Virus record (IMG/VR): IMGVR_UViG_3300047321_000170
Span: 1 to 64,000 of that record
Direction: 5' to 3' (one strand)
Length of the DNA: 64,000 nt
From: a virus
Shown: positions 55,466 through 64,000 of the stretch, one piece after another
Layout of the letters: every line of letters starts with the position of its first letter
Numbering within the stretch: position 1 is the stretch's first letter
Made by a program: the position numbers and the translations under genes
The notes under the pieces: generated by a model
Told to the model about the DNA's origin: nothing
Databases searched by the model: none
What the model saw: only the letters and a program-made list of their open reading frames with translations

Positions 55466-55879
55466 TCACTCGACAGCTGGCTGTAGGTGGATTGAGTCGT
55501 CCATTGAGATTCGGTACAGACGCGAGCGCGTCGGGATCGTCACAGACACCGTCGAGTCGGCCGCGCCGAGTGCCCGTAGTGAGTTCAGGCCAGCTGTAAT
55601 GATGTGCTCGCCGGCAGGCAGGTAGACCGTGAGCGCTTCACGCTGCTCGATCGTCGCCACTTTCGCGCCGTCTACCCAGACAGCCAGCGTTGCCCCTCCC
55701 TTTCCAAAGCCGGCATCGCGTACGATCGTCAGGCTCTGCGCGCCCTCGCGTGGGCTTGTGAGACTCGTCGCCAGGATCTGATCTCTCGGGACGGGCTTCG
55801 TTTCGCTCAGTGGCACCAAGCTAGTCGCGCAGCCGGCAAGTGCGGCGGCAAAGGTGAGCATTATCAGGATGCGGCGCAT
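55466..55879 (-). CDS. Outer-membrane lipoprotein
   Basis: MRRILIMLTFAAALAGC lipobox; followed by hairpin 55430-55449. Confidence 0.8.
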   Translation of the reverse strand: MRRILIMLTFAAALAGCATSLVPLSETKPVPRDQILATSLTSPREGAQSLTIVRDAGFGKGGATLAVWVDGAKVATIEQREALTVYLPAGEHIITAGLNSLRALGAADSTVSVTIPTRSRLYRISMDDSIHLQPAVE

Positions 55880-55938
55880 TGAATCCCCGTCTTATAGTTG
55901 AAAGGATCGAAGTATGCCGCATCATGGTGTCGCTCCGC

Positions 55939-56718
55939 TCAGTCAAGGAAGAAGTGGCCGTTCTCTTCGGTGAATCCGTTATGCCGCAGATCCCCTTCCC
56001 AGTAGTGCTCCCAGTCGATGTAGCCGAACATCGGATGCTGGTCGTCGATCAGCCCGGTCTCGACGGCCCAGTCCATCGCGAAGTCCTTTACGCTGTCCCA
56101 GTGGCCGCGATATGCGTCGCGGAACTTGTCGACCGACGCGTCCTTGAGGTCGCCGCTCTGGCATGTATTGACCCAGATCATAAAGGCTTCCATCTCTTCG
56201 TCGCTGTCCAGCTCGCCGAGCACTTCCTCGATCTTCGCGATCTCGGACAGCGGCGTGTACTCGCCGATCAGCCCGTTCGGGTAGCCTTCGTGATCGTGGA
56301 TCGCGTACTCCTCTGACGAGGGCAACTTGCCTGCCCCGTGGCAGCGCTCGCACACCTTGACCTCGATGTTCTCGCCGGCCTGGAACGCCTCCAGCGCGGC
56401 AAGGCGTGTCGCGCCCACGTAGTTCATCGCGTCGAGGTCCTGCTCAGCCACCCAGCGACCATCGGCCAGCATGCGGGCGTTCCAGCCCTTCGTCTCGATG
56501 GCGTTGTCCAGCTGCTCTTCGAGTGTGTTGTCCCCCTCGCAGTCGGGGCACGTCACCAGCACGTTCGGGAAGCGGCTGGTCAATAAGACCTTGTCTCGTA
56601 CTTCCTCGTACAGCTCGTCGGCGTCCATGCCTTCGGTGTCGATCCAGGTGCCATGCAGAACGCCGTTGTTGTACGACGCAAGACAGGCCACATAAATGCG
56701 GCGGTCGGTTGTAGTCAT
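55939..56718 (-). CDS. ardA: Antirestriction protein ArdA with Zn-finger-like insertion
   Basis: RIYVACLASYN.G.LHG.WID, EEYAIHDHEG and YIDWE motifs; highly acidic. Confidence 0.88.
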   Translation of the reverse strand: MTTTDRRIYVACLASYNNGVLHGTWIDTEGMDADELYEEVRDKVLLTSRFPNVLVTCPDCEGDNTLEEQLDNAIETKGWNARMLADGRWVAEQDLDAMNYVGATRLAALEAFQAGENIEVKVCERCHGAGKLPSSEEYAIHDHEGYPNGLIGEYTPLSEIAKIEEVLGELDSDEEMEAFMIWVNTCQSGDLKDASVDKFRDAYRGHWDSVKDFAMDWAVETGLIDDQHPMFGYIDWEHYWEGDLRHNGFTEENGHFFLD

Positions 56719-56809
56719 GATGTGGTGGTGATGTTAGGTACAGACGGGCAGACAGAGCGCGGGGCCAGCCGCTTCTCTGTGAGCTATGGAATTGGGGGCT
56801 GCGGGTATG

Positions 56810-56835
56810 AAAACAGCGCGCCTCAGCGCGCTGTT
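56810..56835 (-). terminator. Intrinsic terminator
   Basis: mRNA AACAGCGCG-CUGAGG-CGCGCUGUUUU. Confidence 0.65.
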
Positions 56836-56867
56836 CTTGCTGCTATTCGGTGCTGCGATTCTCCGGC

Positions 56868-57086
56868 TTACAGGTTTGTAGCCATCGAGTTGTGCAACGT
56901 TTCGCGCTCGTCTGCGGCGACTTGCGTGCTGAGGCGGGTCTTGCGGTTCTTCAGGCCCGCGACCTTTGCAGCCCAGTGCTCTTGAGCGGCTTGCGCTTCG
57001 AGCAGTTCGAGTTCGCACTCGCGCAGTTGGTGCTTCGCTTCCGCTTTCGGGTTTTTGAAATTAAACAGGCTGGCCAGATAACGCAT
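56868..57086 (-). CDS. Hypothetical coiled-coil protein
   Basis: 72 aa, AAGGA SD. Confidence 0.6.
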   Translation of the reverse strand: MRYLASLFNFKNPKAEAKHQLRECELELLEAQAAQEHWAAKVAGLKNRKTRLSTQVAADERETLHNSMATNL

Positions 57087-57117
57087 GATTGATCCTTCAA
57101 TGTGGTGGTGGTGGTGA

Positions 57118-57342
57118 TTACAACGGTGCTTCTACGGCCTGCTGCTCTGACGTGATCTGGAATCCGCACTCGCGCATCCAGTCGAGGGCGATGTTCGCCC
57201 AGTCAGTTGTTCCGAGTTCCCAACCGAACAGCTCTTCGAGCTTTTCGATCGGCGTCATAGCCAGGATCTGCCTGTCCTGGCTCATGTCGGTCTCGTCAAG
57301 GTTGCGTCGTTGACGCAGGATCTGCAAAACGTCGAGTCGCAT
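57118..57342 (-). CDS. Hypothetical protein
   Basis: 74 aa, GAGG SD. Confidence 0.6.
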   Translation of the reverse strand: MRLDVLQILRQRRNLDETDMSQDRQILAMTPIEKLEELFGWELGTTDWANIALDWMRECGFQITSEQQAVEAPL

Positions 57343-57348
57343 GCCGCC

Positions 57349-57570
57349 TCACTTGAGGTAGTGCTGAATGATGCCCATTGCGACGATGACCGTGAAGCCG
57401 AGGCCGTACAGCTTGTTACTCAGACGCGACTCCATCAGCTCAAGATCCTTCTTCGTGGCTACCTGATCCACGAGCGCTTCATTGAGACTTTCGGCCAAGG
57501 CTTCAGCCTGTTCGCGGGTCATCGAACCTTTGTCCTGCATCTTTCTTGCGAACTTCAGGGTGTCGATCAT
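57349..57570 (-). CDS. DUF1640/CCDC90-like membrane-anchored protein
   Basis: DTLKFAR.....G....QAEA...VATK.DL plus a C-terminal TM. Confidence 0.75.
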   Translation of the reverse strand: MIDTLKFARKMQDKGSMTREQAEALAESLNEALVDQVATKKDLELMESRLSNKLYGLGFTVIVAMGIIQHYLK

Positions 57571-57624
57571 TGTTGGTTCCCTCATTTCCTTTTCACCATT
57601 CTAGAACTTTCCGCAGCTCGGCAG

Positions 57625-58305
57625 CTATTGTTGATAGACCAGGTTGTCGTCGCCGAGATACAGGTCAACATTGCCCGCGCTCTTCGCCGCCGCAGTGAGC
57701 GCGTCGCGCACGTCCTGCGGCAGCTCGTTGCGGTCCCAGAAGCCGGTGCCGTGGCCGGCGCGTGTCAGCCAGAAGTCGTGACCGGCGCGCTCGGCCGTGT
57801 AGCCGTTGACTTGCAGCGCGGCGAGCAGTTGCGGCTCTGCGAAGTCGCAGAAGTCCTTGCACTCTTCGCGAAACGTGGTACGCGTCTCGTCGGCCGGTTC
57901 GTACTCGTCGAGACTGACAGTTGTCTCGCCATCGTCATCAACGACGACATCTGTGCTCGACCACAGCGCGGCGGTCTCGTAGCCCTGGACGAAGTCGTCG
58001 AACCACAGCTCACGCGGGGTCTCGACGATCTCGACGTTCGGGTACTCGGCGCGGACAGCCTCCAGAGCCTCCCAGCGGTCCTTGGCACGCAGGAAGAACT
58101 CCACGTCACCCTCAACCTCGACAGCCCGCCACAGCGGCTCTCCTGCGCCCCAGTACGCCCCTCCCGCGTCATAGTCGCCGTCGACGAACGGGATATGGTG
58201 GACGACGAGCTTGATCGCGCCTTCGCGATCCCCGTCAGTGTGCGTGTCGGGGCGACCCATTGGGGCGCCGCGTGCGCTGCCTACTTCGGTGAGTGCTCGG
58301 ATCAT
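57625..58305 (-). CDS. Hypothetical acidic protein
   Basis: YD.GGAYWG and AGHDFWLTR.GHG.GFWDR conserved-looking blocks. Confidence 0.7.
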   Translation of the reverse strand: MIRALTEVGSARGAPMGRPDTHTDGDREGAIKLVVHHIPFVDGDYDAGGAYWGAGEPLWRAVEVEGDVEFFLRAKDRWEALEAVRAEYPNVEIVETPRELWFDDFVQGYETAALWSSTDVVVDDDGETTVSLDEYEPADETRTTFREECKDFCDFAEPQLLAALQVNGYTAERAGHDFWLTRAGHGTGFWDRNELPQDVRDALTAAAKSAGNVDLYLGDDNLVYQQ

Positions 58306-58796
58306 TGCGGGCCTCCAAGCTCGTCGGGCACGTCCACTTCTTCGCGGAAAGTCGAGGCCACGTAGCAGCGCATGGCTGCGATCTTCGCGGTCGGTCCATA
58401 CGTCACGCTGGCCACGTAGAACTGATACATCGCGTCATGCTGCTGATGCTCGGTCGATTCGGACCAGGATTGTTGCCCGCGCTCGGCGCACCACACGGGG
58501 ATACGGACATCGTTGGTATAGCCCTGCGCGTCCTTGCCCCAGTCGTCATCGCTGCGAATGATGCTGATGCCTTCGCGCTCGATGATGTCCATCGCCTGCA
58601 AGCTGTCGACGGACGGGCAGAAGCGGTGGAAGTGCGGCGCGGAGCCGGGGTGGTTCTCGCGCTCGATCCACGCTGGCGTCGTCGCTTCGACGCGGCAAAT
58701 CTTCACGACACGGTCTTCCTTCCACTGCTTGTTGAGTGCAGCGGCTACAGCCCAGTCAAGCGCCGCGCCGAGCAAGTCTTTAGTTTTGATCTTCAT
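58302..58796 (-). CDS. DUF2591/NinX-like protein
   Basis: L.G.ALDWAVA, PS.D, IIERE.I and GPT..IAAMRCYVAS motifs. Confidence 0.75.
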   Translation of the reverse strand: MKIKTKDLLGAALDWAVAAALNKQWKEDRVVKICRVEATTPAWIERENHPGSAPHFHRFCPSVDSLQAMDIIEREGISIIRSDDDWGKDAQGYTNDVRIPVWCAERGQQSWSESTEHQQHDAMYQFYVASVTYGPTAKIAAMRCYVASTFREEVDVPDELGGPQ

Positions 58797-58800
58797 GTTT

Positions 58801-59133
58801 TTAGTCCGAGTAGCGTGCTTCACGAATTCGATTGCCTTCGACGAGATCGCCCCAGCAGCCGACCGTCATGTTCAGGCCGTGAAAGAGGATCGTCGTTGCG
58901 TAGGTGTCGCCGGCATTGCAGTAGTACACGTCGTAGCCGGTGCTGCGATGCACGCCCAGGAACTCGACGCCATACGTTTCGATCAGCTTGTCGATCTGGT
59001 CGCGCGCATCTTTGCGGTTCGTGACTGTCTTCCAGACCTTGCGCACCTGCGCGGCGATCTGAGGCGTGACATCCTTGATCTCTTGCAGCCGCTTGCTCGA
59101 AGCGGCGCGGCGGTCGTTGATGTGGGCCATCAC
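58801..59133 (-). CDS. Hypothetical protein
   Basis: GVE...Y.N.GDTY..T...WGD.VE motif. Confidence 0.65.
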   Translation of the reverse strand: MMAHINDRRAASSKRLQEIKDVTPQIAAQVRKVWKTVTNRKDARDQIDKLIETYGVEFLGVHRSTGYDVYYCNAGDTYATTILFHGLNMTVGCWGDLVEGNRIREARYSD

Positions 59134-59363
59134 TCGCCTCGCTCGATCTTGATGATCGGATACTTCAGCGTCAGCACATCGTCGTGCTTAGTGATGATCG
59201 CGAGGGCCATGCCGACCTTGAGGTCCGGGTAATCAAGGAGGGTCGTGCCGTTCCACAGATCTGCCTGGAATGGCTGACTGTCCATGACTTTGCCGTCTTC
59301 GTCTATCGTCCAGCGGAGAAAGTCCTGGCCGTGGTCTTCGAACTCAATGCGGGTGGTAGTCAT
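59130..59363 (-). CDS. Hypothetical protein
   Basis: FEDHGQDFL.W...PFQ..W pattern; coupled start. Confidence 0.6.
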   Translation of the reverse strand: MTTTRIEFEDHGQDFLRWTIDEDGKVMDSQPFQADLWNGTTLLDYPDLKVGMALAIITKHDDVLTLKYPIIKIERGE

Positions 59364-59662
59364 CACTCGTCGTCCTCGTCTTTGACGGGGACCATGCGCT
59401 TGCCGGCGAAGTGCTCGTCGAGCGTCGCCTTCACTTCCTTCGCGGCGTCGCGCCAGGCAAGCGGGTGGATAAGGCCGTTGTTGCCGATCTGCTCGACGGC
59501 TTCTTCGTCGGTCAGCTTGGCGACTTTGTCGGCGTGCTTCGCCAGCGCGTCCATGATGAAGAGCTGGGAGATAGGACCGCACTTCGCGAATTCCATCAAC
59601 TCGGTGATGGTCTCAGTGTTCGTTGCGTTACGCATTTGCTTTTGCTTTTGCTTCTTGGCCAT
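59363..59662 (-). CDS. Hypothetical protein
   Basis: Start MAKKQK at 59662, behind a CACCACCAC leader. Confidence 0.6.
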   Translation of the reverse strand: MAKKQKQKQMRNATNTETITELMEFAKCGPISQLFIMDALAKHADKVAKLTDEEAVEQIGNNGLIHPLAWRDAAKEVKATLDEHFAGKRMVPVKDEDDE

Positions 59663-59713
59663 GATTACTCTGTGGTGGTGAGTGAGTGATGATGGAATGT
59701 TCAAAGTTAACAT

Positions 59714-59941
59714 TCAGAAGAGCTGGATTTCAGCTCCGTGCAGCTTGTGTTGCAGGCACTGCTGTGTAGCCCACTGCTCGGTTTCTTCGAGCGTGAACCA
59801 GTCGCGGCGACGCGTCTCGCGGCAATAGTCGCGGATGACTCCATCGTTGTTCTTGATCTTGAACACGACTTGCCAGTTATTGTTCTTCCGCCATTCGGCG
59901 GTCAGGTCTTCGTCGGTGAAGCGACGTGTGATTTCAGGCAT
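59714..59941 (-). CDS. Hypothetical protein
   Basis: AGGAG SD before ATG 59941. Confidence 0.55.
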   Translation of the reverse strand: MPEITRRFTDEDLTAEWRKNNNWQVVFKIKNNDGVIRDYCRETRRRDWFTLEETEQWATQQCLQHKLHGAEIQLF

Positions 59942-59949
59942 GTTCGCTC

Positions 59950-60243
59950 CTAGTCGTTCCAGACGAGATAACGCTGGGCGCAATTGCCACAGGTTTCGAG
60001 GCTGGGACTGTTCCCCTCCGGGCTGATGACGTGAGGTAGAGTCCGAGCGCCACACAGCAGGCACGTTGTCGGCTGATCCCCGGCGAGTATGTCGCGCACA
60101 GGCTCATTCGATCTGTTGGCGCGGTCGGACAGGTCCTTGCCAAGGGCACGTTGCCGGTCCATCGAGGTCTTGCTCCACGTATGGTCGGCGGGTAGCTCAG
60201 GACGCCGTGTCAGGCTTAGCAGCTTCTTGATCCAGTTCTTCAC
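59950..60243 (-). CDS. Hypothetical Zn-finger protein
   Basis: CLLC..CGNC. Confidence 0.55.
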   Translation of the reverse strand: MKNWIKKLLSLTRRPELPADHTWSKTSMDRQRALGKDLSDRANRSNEPVRDILAGDQPTTCLLCGARTLPHVISPEGNSPSLETCGNCAQRYLVWND

Positions 60244-60485
60244 TTCTTCCCCTCAAGTTGAACAGTCAGACACTCGTCATACTTCTTGCCGAGATAGTGG
60301 AACGCGCGACCGCGCGTCCACTTCGTTCGCACACGCCACCAACGGCTGTTCCACAGCACGAGGTAGTACGGCTCTTCTTGCTCGTTCACGGGCAAGATGT
60401 ATTGCACCTGGACGCGTGTTGTGCAGAAGCTGTCGAACGAAGTGCCGTCGAGCGTGCGGCACTTCGTATGAACCCAGGCTTTCAT
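60240..60485 (-). CDS. Hypothetical protein
   Basis: ATGA-coupled ORF. Confidence 0.55.
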   Translation of the reverse strand: MKAWVHTKCRTLDGTSFDSFCTTRVQVQYILPVNEQEEPYYLVLWNSRWWRVRTKWTRGRAFHYLGKKYDECLTVQLEGKK

Positions 60486-60826
60486 GCGCGCACCCAATAG
60501 GTCTCGTCGCTGAAGCTGACTTCCTTGTAGTCCTGCTTCAGCGCGTCAGCGGCTTTGGTCCAGTCGATGTAGTCATACGGCCAGCCGCTGACATTGCCCA
60601 TGCCCGAGGCGTAGTCTTCGCACCACTTCTCAAAGTGGTGGTCAGCGATCAGGGTCCACTCATCGCAGCTCCCGGTTGCGCTGTCGCCTTCGTCGAGCAG
60701 ATCCGTCAGGTCTTTCAGAAGCTGCGCGTCATTTCCGTCACACGTCTCCTTGACCTGATCGGCCTGCTCACCAATCGCGGCGATGATGTCGCTGCGAGTG
60801 ATGATTCGTTGTCCGGTGTCGATCAT
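60482..60826 (-). CDS. Acidic protein resembling the ArdA C-terminal domain
   Basis: GWPYDYIDWTKAADALKQDY. Confidence 0.55.
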   Translation of the reverse strand: MIDTGQRIITRSDIIAAIGEQADQVKETCDGNDAQLLKDLTDLLDEGDSATGSCDEWTLIADHHFEKWCEDYASGMGNVSGWPYDYIDWTKAADALKQDYKEVSFSDETYWVRA

Positions 60827-61314
60827 TTCGATTCCCCGTTGAGAATGCGTACAGCCTTGTTGTATTCGACGCGCTCCGGTGCCCACTCTTCGTAGGGCTC
60901 TTCAAAGCGCGGCTTGAGCTGGTCGAGCGCCCACGTCAGCACCTGTTCGAGCTGCCAGATCCGATAGCGCAGCTGCTCCTTCTCGCTCTCTTCGCGTTCG
61001 AGCGTGTGCCGCACAGACTCGGCCTCTTCCTTCGTCAGGAACTCGTCGCTGTACACGCCACCGCCGCGATGGCGGCTGACGCGGAAGCGTGGTATCGAAC
61101 CTTCACGCTGCAACGTCTCGACAACAAACGGGCAATGGTTATACGTCGCCGGCTTGAGCTTCGACTGGAACTTGTGCTCGCGGTTGACGCACTCGACGAT
61201 GTGCTTCGCGTCGGCCTCTTCCATGTCGCTCGCGACCAGCATGTCGTTGGCGTCGAAGATCTGGCTGTAGTTGCCTTTTGCTGCCCAGTTCCAAGGCAGC
61301 TTCTTCACTTCCAT
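60823..61314 (-). CDS. Hypothetical protein
   Basis: LPW....ADA.HIV.CVN motif. Confidence 0.6.
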   Translation of the reverse strand: MEVKKLPWNWAAKGNYSQIFDANDMLVASDMEEADAKHIVECVNREHKFQSKLKPATYNHCPFVVETLQREGSIPRFRVSRHRGGGVYSDEFLTKEEAESVRHTLEREESEKEQLRYRIWQLEQVLTWALDQLKPRFEEPYEEWAPERVEYNKAVRILNGESK

Positions 61315-61682
61315 ATTTCCTCCAATTGGTCTTTGTAGATCTCAAGGATTGCGGCGTGATTCTTGATGTCGCCTTCCTTGTACACGTAGCGGATCAGCTC
61401 CTTGATCATCCGCATGTCATGGATCAAGGAGCTGTAATAGTCGGGACCGTTGTCGCTGAAGCGGGCGCCTGTGCAGATGCCCGCGTTTCCATCGAAGTGC
61501 AGCCGCAGCACATAGCACTCGACCTCTTCACCTTTGAAGTACGACAGGCGATCCCACGGGCCGACGATCAGCCGGTCGGCCGCGATGAAGCGCTCCATGA
61601 CTTCGGTCTTCACCTTGATCATTCGATCCGTGTTGTGATGCGGCTCGAACTTCCACTCGCGACCGAACTTGTCCGTGTGCAT
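61305..61682 (-). CDS. Hypothetical protein
   Basis: GGAGGAG SD. Confidence 0.6.
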   Translation of the reverse strand: MHTDKFGREWKFEPHHNTDRMIKVKTEVMERFIAADRLIVGPWDRLSYFKGEEVECYVLRLHFDGNAGICTGARFSDNGPDYYSSLIHDMRMIKELIRYVYKEGDIKNHAAILEIYKDQLEEIWK

Positions 61683-61683
61683 G

Positions 61684-62001
61684 TCACTCCTCCTTCAGGA
61701 TGAAGCCGCAGTAAGCGGTGTCTTTCACGATGATCGCCGGGTGGCCGTAGCCTTCCGGCCCGCTCGTCGTCGCTTCGAGCGTGTGATCGGCCCAGCGCTG
61801 CCAGCCAGTTAGCTCTTGCGAGGTCTCGTAAGACTCCTGATCGACGAACTCGATGGTCAACGTGTGCAGCCACTCGAAGTGGAAGATGCCGTTGATTTCG
61901 AAGCTCTTGTCTTTCGCCGCGTCGTTGATAGCGTCAGACTCGGCTTCAGTCAGGCCTTGAGGGTACGGGAACGGGTAGCCGTTCAGAAGGATCAGCCGCA
62001 T
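61684..62001 (-). CDS. Hypothetical protein
   Basis: Tightly packed ORF. Confidence 0.6.
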   Translation of the reverse strand: MRLILLNGYPFPYPQGLTEAESDAINDAAKDKSFEINGIFHFEWLHTLTIEFVDQESYETSQELTGWQRWADHTLEATTSGPEGYGHPAIIVKDTAYCGFILKEE

Positions 62002-62369
62002 GATTCGTTGTTCTCCTCTTCATACTTCAACCACACCCACGCTTGCACGAAGCAGCCTTCGTCACCACGCGAGACGAGTGCACCATCGTCGATCTCGATG
62101 TTGTCGTCGGAGCCAATCGCATAATTGTCGCGAGCGGCCTCGATCTCGGCGGGCGTCGCGCGCTCTTCTTCAGGCTTCACGATGTAAGCCATCGTGTCGC
62201 ACTCAGGGCAGCGGCCGGCCGGCGACGGATCACCAGGCGTGAGCGAACAGTCGTCGATGTCCTTGAGATCGGAGAACACGCCTTTCCAGTCGCAGTCATC
62301 ACAATGGCAACGAGCGTCGTCCGCGATGCCGTCGATGGACGCGGTGTAGGTGAAAAATCGATCGCTCAT
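61992..62369 (-). CDS. Hypothetical Zn-finger protein
   Basis: CDDC..PAGRCPEC. Confidence 0.6.
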   Translation of the reverse strand: MSDRFFTYTASIDGIADDARCHCDDCDWKGVFSDLKDIDDCSLTPGDPSPAGRCPECDTMAYIVKPEEERATPAEIEAARDNYAIGSDDNIEIDDGALVSRGDEGCFVQAWVWLKYEEENNESCG

Positions 62370-62848
62370 AGGTATTTCCTTTTCACTGCTTCAACAACAC
62401 GATCACAGGTCGCCACGTCGAACCATCCGATGTGGCATACATCGACGCTTGCGAGGCCCAGCATCTTGGCGAGCCAGGCATAGGCCTCCTTGCGCGTCAT
62501 CAAGCGTGTCTGCCACAGCGGGTTGAATGCCGCCTTCGCTCGCTTGCGTGCCTCGCGTGTCGGCGCATCGGCGAGAGTGCCCAGTGGTATTCCGGTGAAC
62601 GGGTGCAGCCCTACATACGCGCCGCATCCGCCGCACAGAAACGCCCAAGGCCATTCGCCGTAGGGTCGGCCGTAGATCTCCTCGTTGTTGACGATCGAGA
62701 CACTGCCAGGGCAGTACGGACAGGTCGTGGGCTGCGGCAACGGGTTCGTGACTCGTGCCGTCGCGCGCCGAGACGGATTCCACGGCGTCTTGCCACCGCT
62801 TGCGCGGTCAAACGCTTCTTGCATCGCGTTCATGGTCAGTGCGTTCAT
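62366..62848 (-). CDS. DUF3268-like zinc-finger protein
   Basis: CPYC, C..CGAYVG.H..T..PLGTLA and AY.WLA..LG...CHIG.FD motifs. Confidence 0.8.
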   Translation of the reverse strand: MNALTMNAMQEAFDRASGGKTPWNPSRRATARVTNPLPQPTTCPYCPGSVSIVNNEEIYGRPYGEWPWAFLCGGCGAYVGLHPFTGIPLGTLADAPTREARKRAKAAFNPLWQTRLMTRKEAYAWLAKMLGLASVDVCHIGWFDVATCDRVVEAVKRKYL

Positions 62849-63114
62849 CCGTTGAGCCTCGCGTTGTCGTAGGCGAAGCTCTGCGCGTCGTCGATGTCCG
62901 TGTTGAACGGACAGATCACTTCGTAGACGCTGACGGAGTAGCCAGCACGGTGGTCGATGTTGGCCTGCTCGTCACGGTCATCGACAAACGAGAACAGCTT
63001 GACGACGAGATCGCCGTTGTTGCGGTTCTTCGACTCGACCGCGTGGAAGATGACGGTCTCGTCACTGCGCATGTCTATCGCCGAGAGCTTGGCGATGTAG
63101 CGGTTGAGGCTCAT
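62845..63114 (-). CDS. Hypothetical protein
   Basis: ATGA-coupled, GAGGAG SD. Confidence 0.55.
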   Translation of the reverse strand: MSLNRYIAKLSAIDMRSDETVIFHAVESKNRNNGDLVVKLFSFVDDRDEQANIDHRAGYSVSVYEVICPFNTDIDDAQSFAYDNARLNG

Positions 63115-63347
63115 GCCTGCTCCTCGATAAGTGCAGGACTGCACGTATCGACGTGCTCGTCGGTGTGGAAGATGACTTCAACGCGTTGCATACGCGCGAC
63201 GAAGAACTCTTTCTGGACGTAGCCGCTGCCGCCCTTGTTTGCTTCCTGCTTGGCGTGGGCGATCGCGTTCTTCGAAGATGCGAACTCACGCGCTCGATAA
63301 GCACCCGTCTTGGTGGTGATGCGGGTGCGATAGATCGGTTTGCTCAT
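63111..63347 (-). CDS. Hypothetical protein
   Basis: ATGA-coupled ORF. Confidence 0.55.
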   Translation of the reverse strand: MSKPIYRTRITTKTGAYRAREFASSKNAIAHAKQEANKGGSGYVQKEFFVARMQRVEVIFHTDEHVDTCSPALIEEQA

Positions 63348-63547
63348 GACGTTTTGTTTTCCAGTTGCTCGATGCGTTTCAGCGCCTGTTCGAGTCTTGA
63401 TTCAAGTTGACCGACATAGTCGGCGAGCCAGAGCACACCTTCCTGAGTCTGTGCAATGCGCTCGCCTTCAGTGAGGTCACGTATGGTCACAGTGAGGACG
63501 CCGCCCGTGAGCGGATCACGGGCGCGACCTCTGCGTTCGCGGGGCAT
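63344..63547 (-). CDS. Hypothetical protein
   Basis: Coupled ORF with coiled-coil end. Confidence 0.5.
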   Translation of the reverse strand: MPRERRGRARDPLTGGVLTVTIRDLTEGERIAQTQEGVLWLADYVGQLESRLEQALKRIEQLENKTS

Positions 63548-63549
63548 GC

Positions 63550-64000
63550 TCAGTCATCCGTCATAACGTCGCGCTCGGCCCAGAACTGAGCTTTAGCGGC
63601 TTCATGCGCGTCTTCTTCAGCCTCGCGCTTCTCTTCTTCCTTCGCCTGATACTCGCGCTCGCGATCCGCAGCGTGTTCAGCCATGCTGTCCGCGGCGTAG
63701 GCCGCTGACATCTCTTCGTCGTAGACGTGGTAGCTGACCTCACTAGCCATACCCTCGCCCATGCTCCAACCTGCAAGCCATCCGCGACCATGTGGCAACG
63801 CCAGCACTAGGCCGCGGATCTTCGCGTCCTGATAGTCATCGCAGTACCAGCCGGTGTGGTGGATTCGCGTAGCAATGTCGTCGCACCACTTCCAGCGCAG
63901 CTGGAACGGATTGCCGCCGCTGTCGGACAGGTAGAAGCCGATACCATCGGTGTTGTTGGGCGTCGGCGATCCGTAGTAGCCGCTCGTGCAGCAGCGCTTT
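63550..64000 (-). CDS. Hypothetical protein (5' truncated)
   Basis: Frame open to the window edge (..HTGWYCDDYQD..IRGLVLALPHGR..). Confidence 0.65.
   Translation of the reverse strand, partial: KRCCTSGYYGSPTPNNTDGIGFYLSDSGGNPFQLRWKWCDDIATRIHHTGWYCDDYQDAKIRGLVLALPHGRGWLAGWSMGEGMASEVSYHVYDEEMSAAYAADSMAEHAADREREYQAKEEEKREAEEDAHEAAKAQFWAERDVMTDD

Larger units (their letters stand above)
1..64000. mobile_element. Temperate tailed phage genome segment (non-integrated form, attP intact)
   Basis: Continuous phage tail, lysis, integrase and replication genes; no host housekeeping genes; phage genes on both sides of int/attP. Confidence 0.95.

Noticed and set aside
3501-59680. GTGGTGG motifs as Chi-like recombination sites
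   Set aside because: They do not match GCTGGTGG, and they cluster in gene leaders and hairpin loops with orientation following transcription
1-64000. tRNA/rRNA genes, reverse transcriptase or DGR
   Set aside because: No cloverleaf, rRNA-like sequence, RT motif or TR/VR pair recognised by eye; tRNAscan-SE would be needed to exclude tRNAs formally

Overview
The whole window is one segment of a large temperate, siphovirus-type phage with high GC; a betaproteobacterial (Burkholderia-like) host is inferred, not shown. The + strand (1-30.7 kb) carries head-tail joining and lambda-like tail genes (tube, frameshifted chaperones, a 2003-aa tape measure with a lytic transglycosylase domain, M/L/K/I/J). 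These are followed by a tail fibre ending in a Cys-rich NCNCNCACT motif fused to a Hint domain, with a radical SAM/SPASM gene two genes downstream. Next come a GH19 lysis cassette with embedded spanins and a second fibre/depolymerase cluster (GH114/PelA-like hydrolase, collagen proteins). At 30.5-32.7 kb are an AlpA-type excisionase, a LexA box, an intact attP whose core matches the start of an xth-type gene, and a tyrosine integrase. The - strand (32.7-64 kb) carries nucleotide metabolism, SbcCD, resolvase, ligase, PolA, 5'-3' exonuclease, a putative SSB, helicase, ArdA and many small accessory ORFs. The strongest candidates for new biology are (1) the fibre-CxCxCxC-Hint plus rSAM/SPASM module, a possible RiPP-like maturation system for a virion fibre, and (2) a family of CCACCAC elements, many displayed as hairpin loops, on the mRNA strand just upstream of start codons. 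All calls are from reading motifs by eye; no database searches were run.
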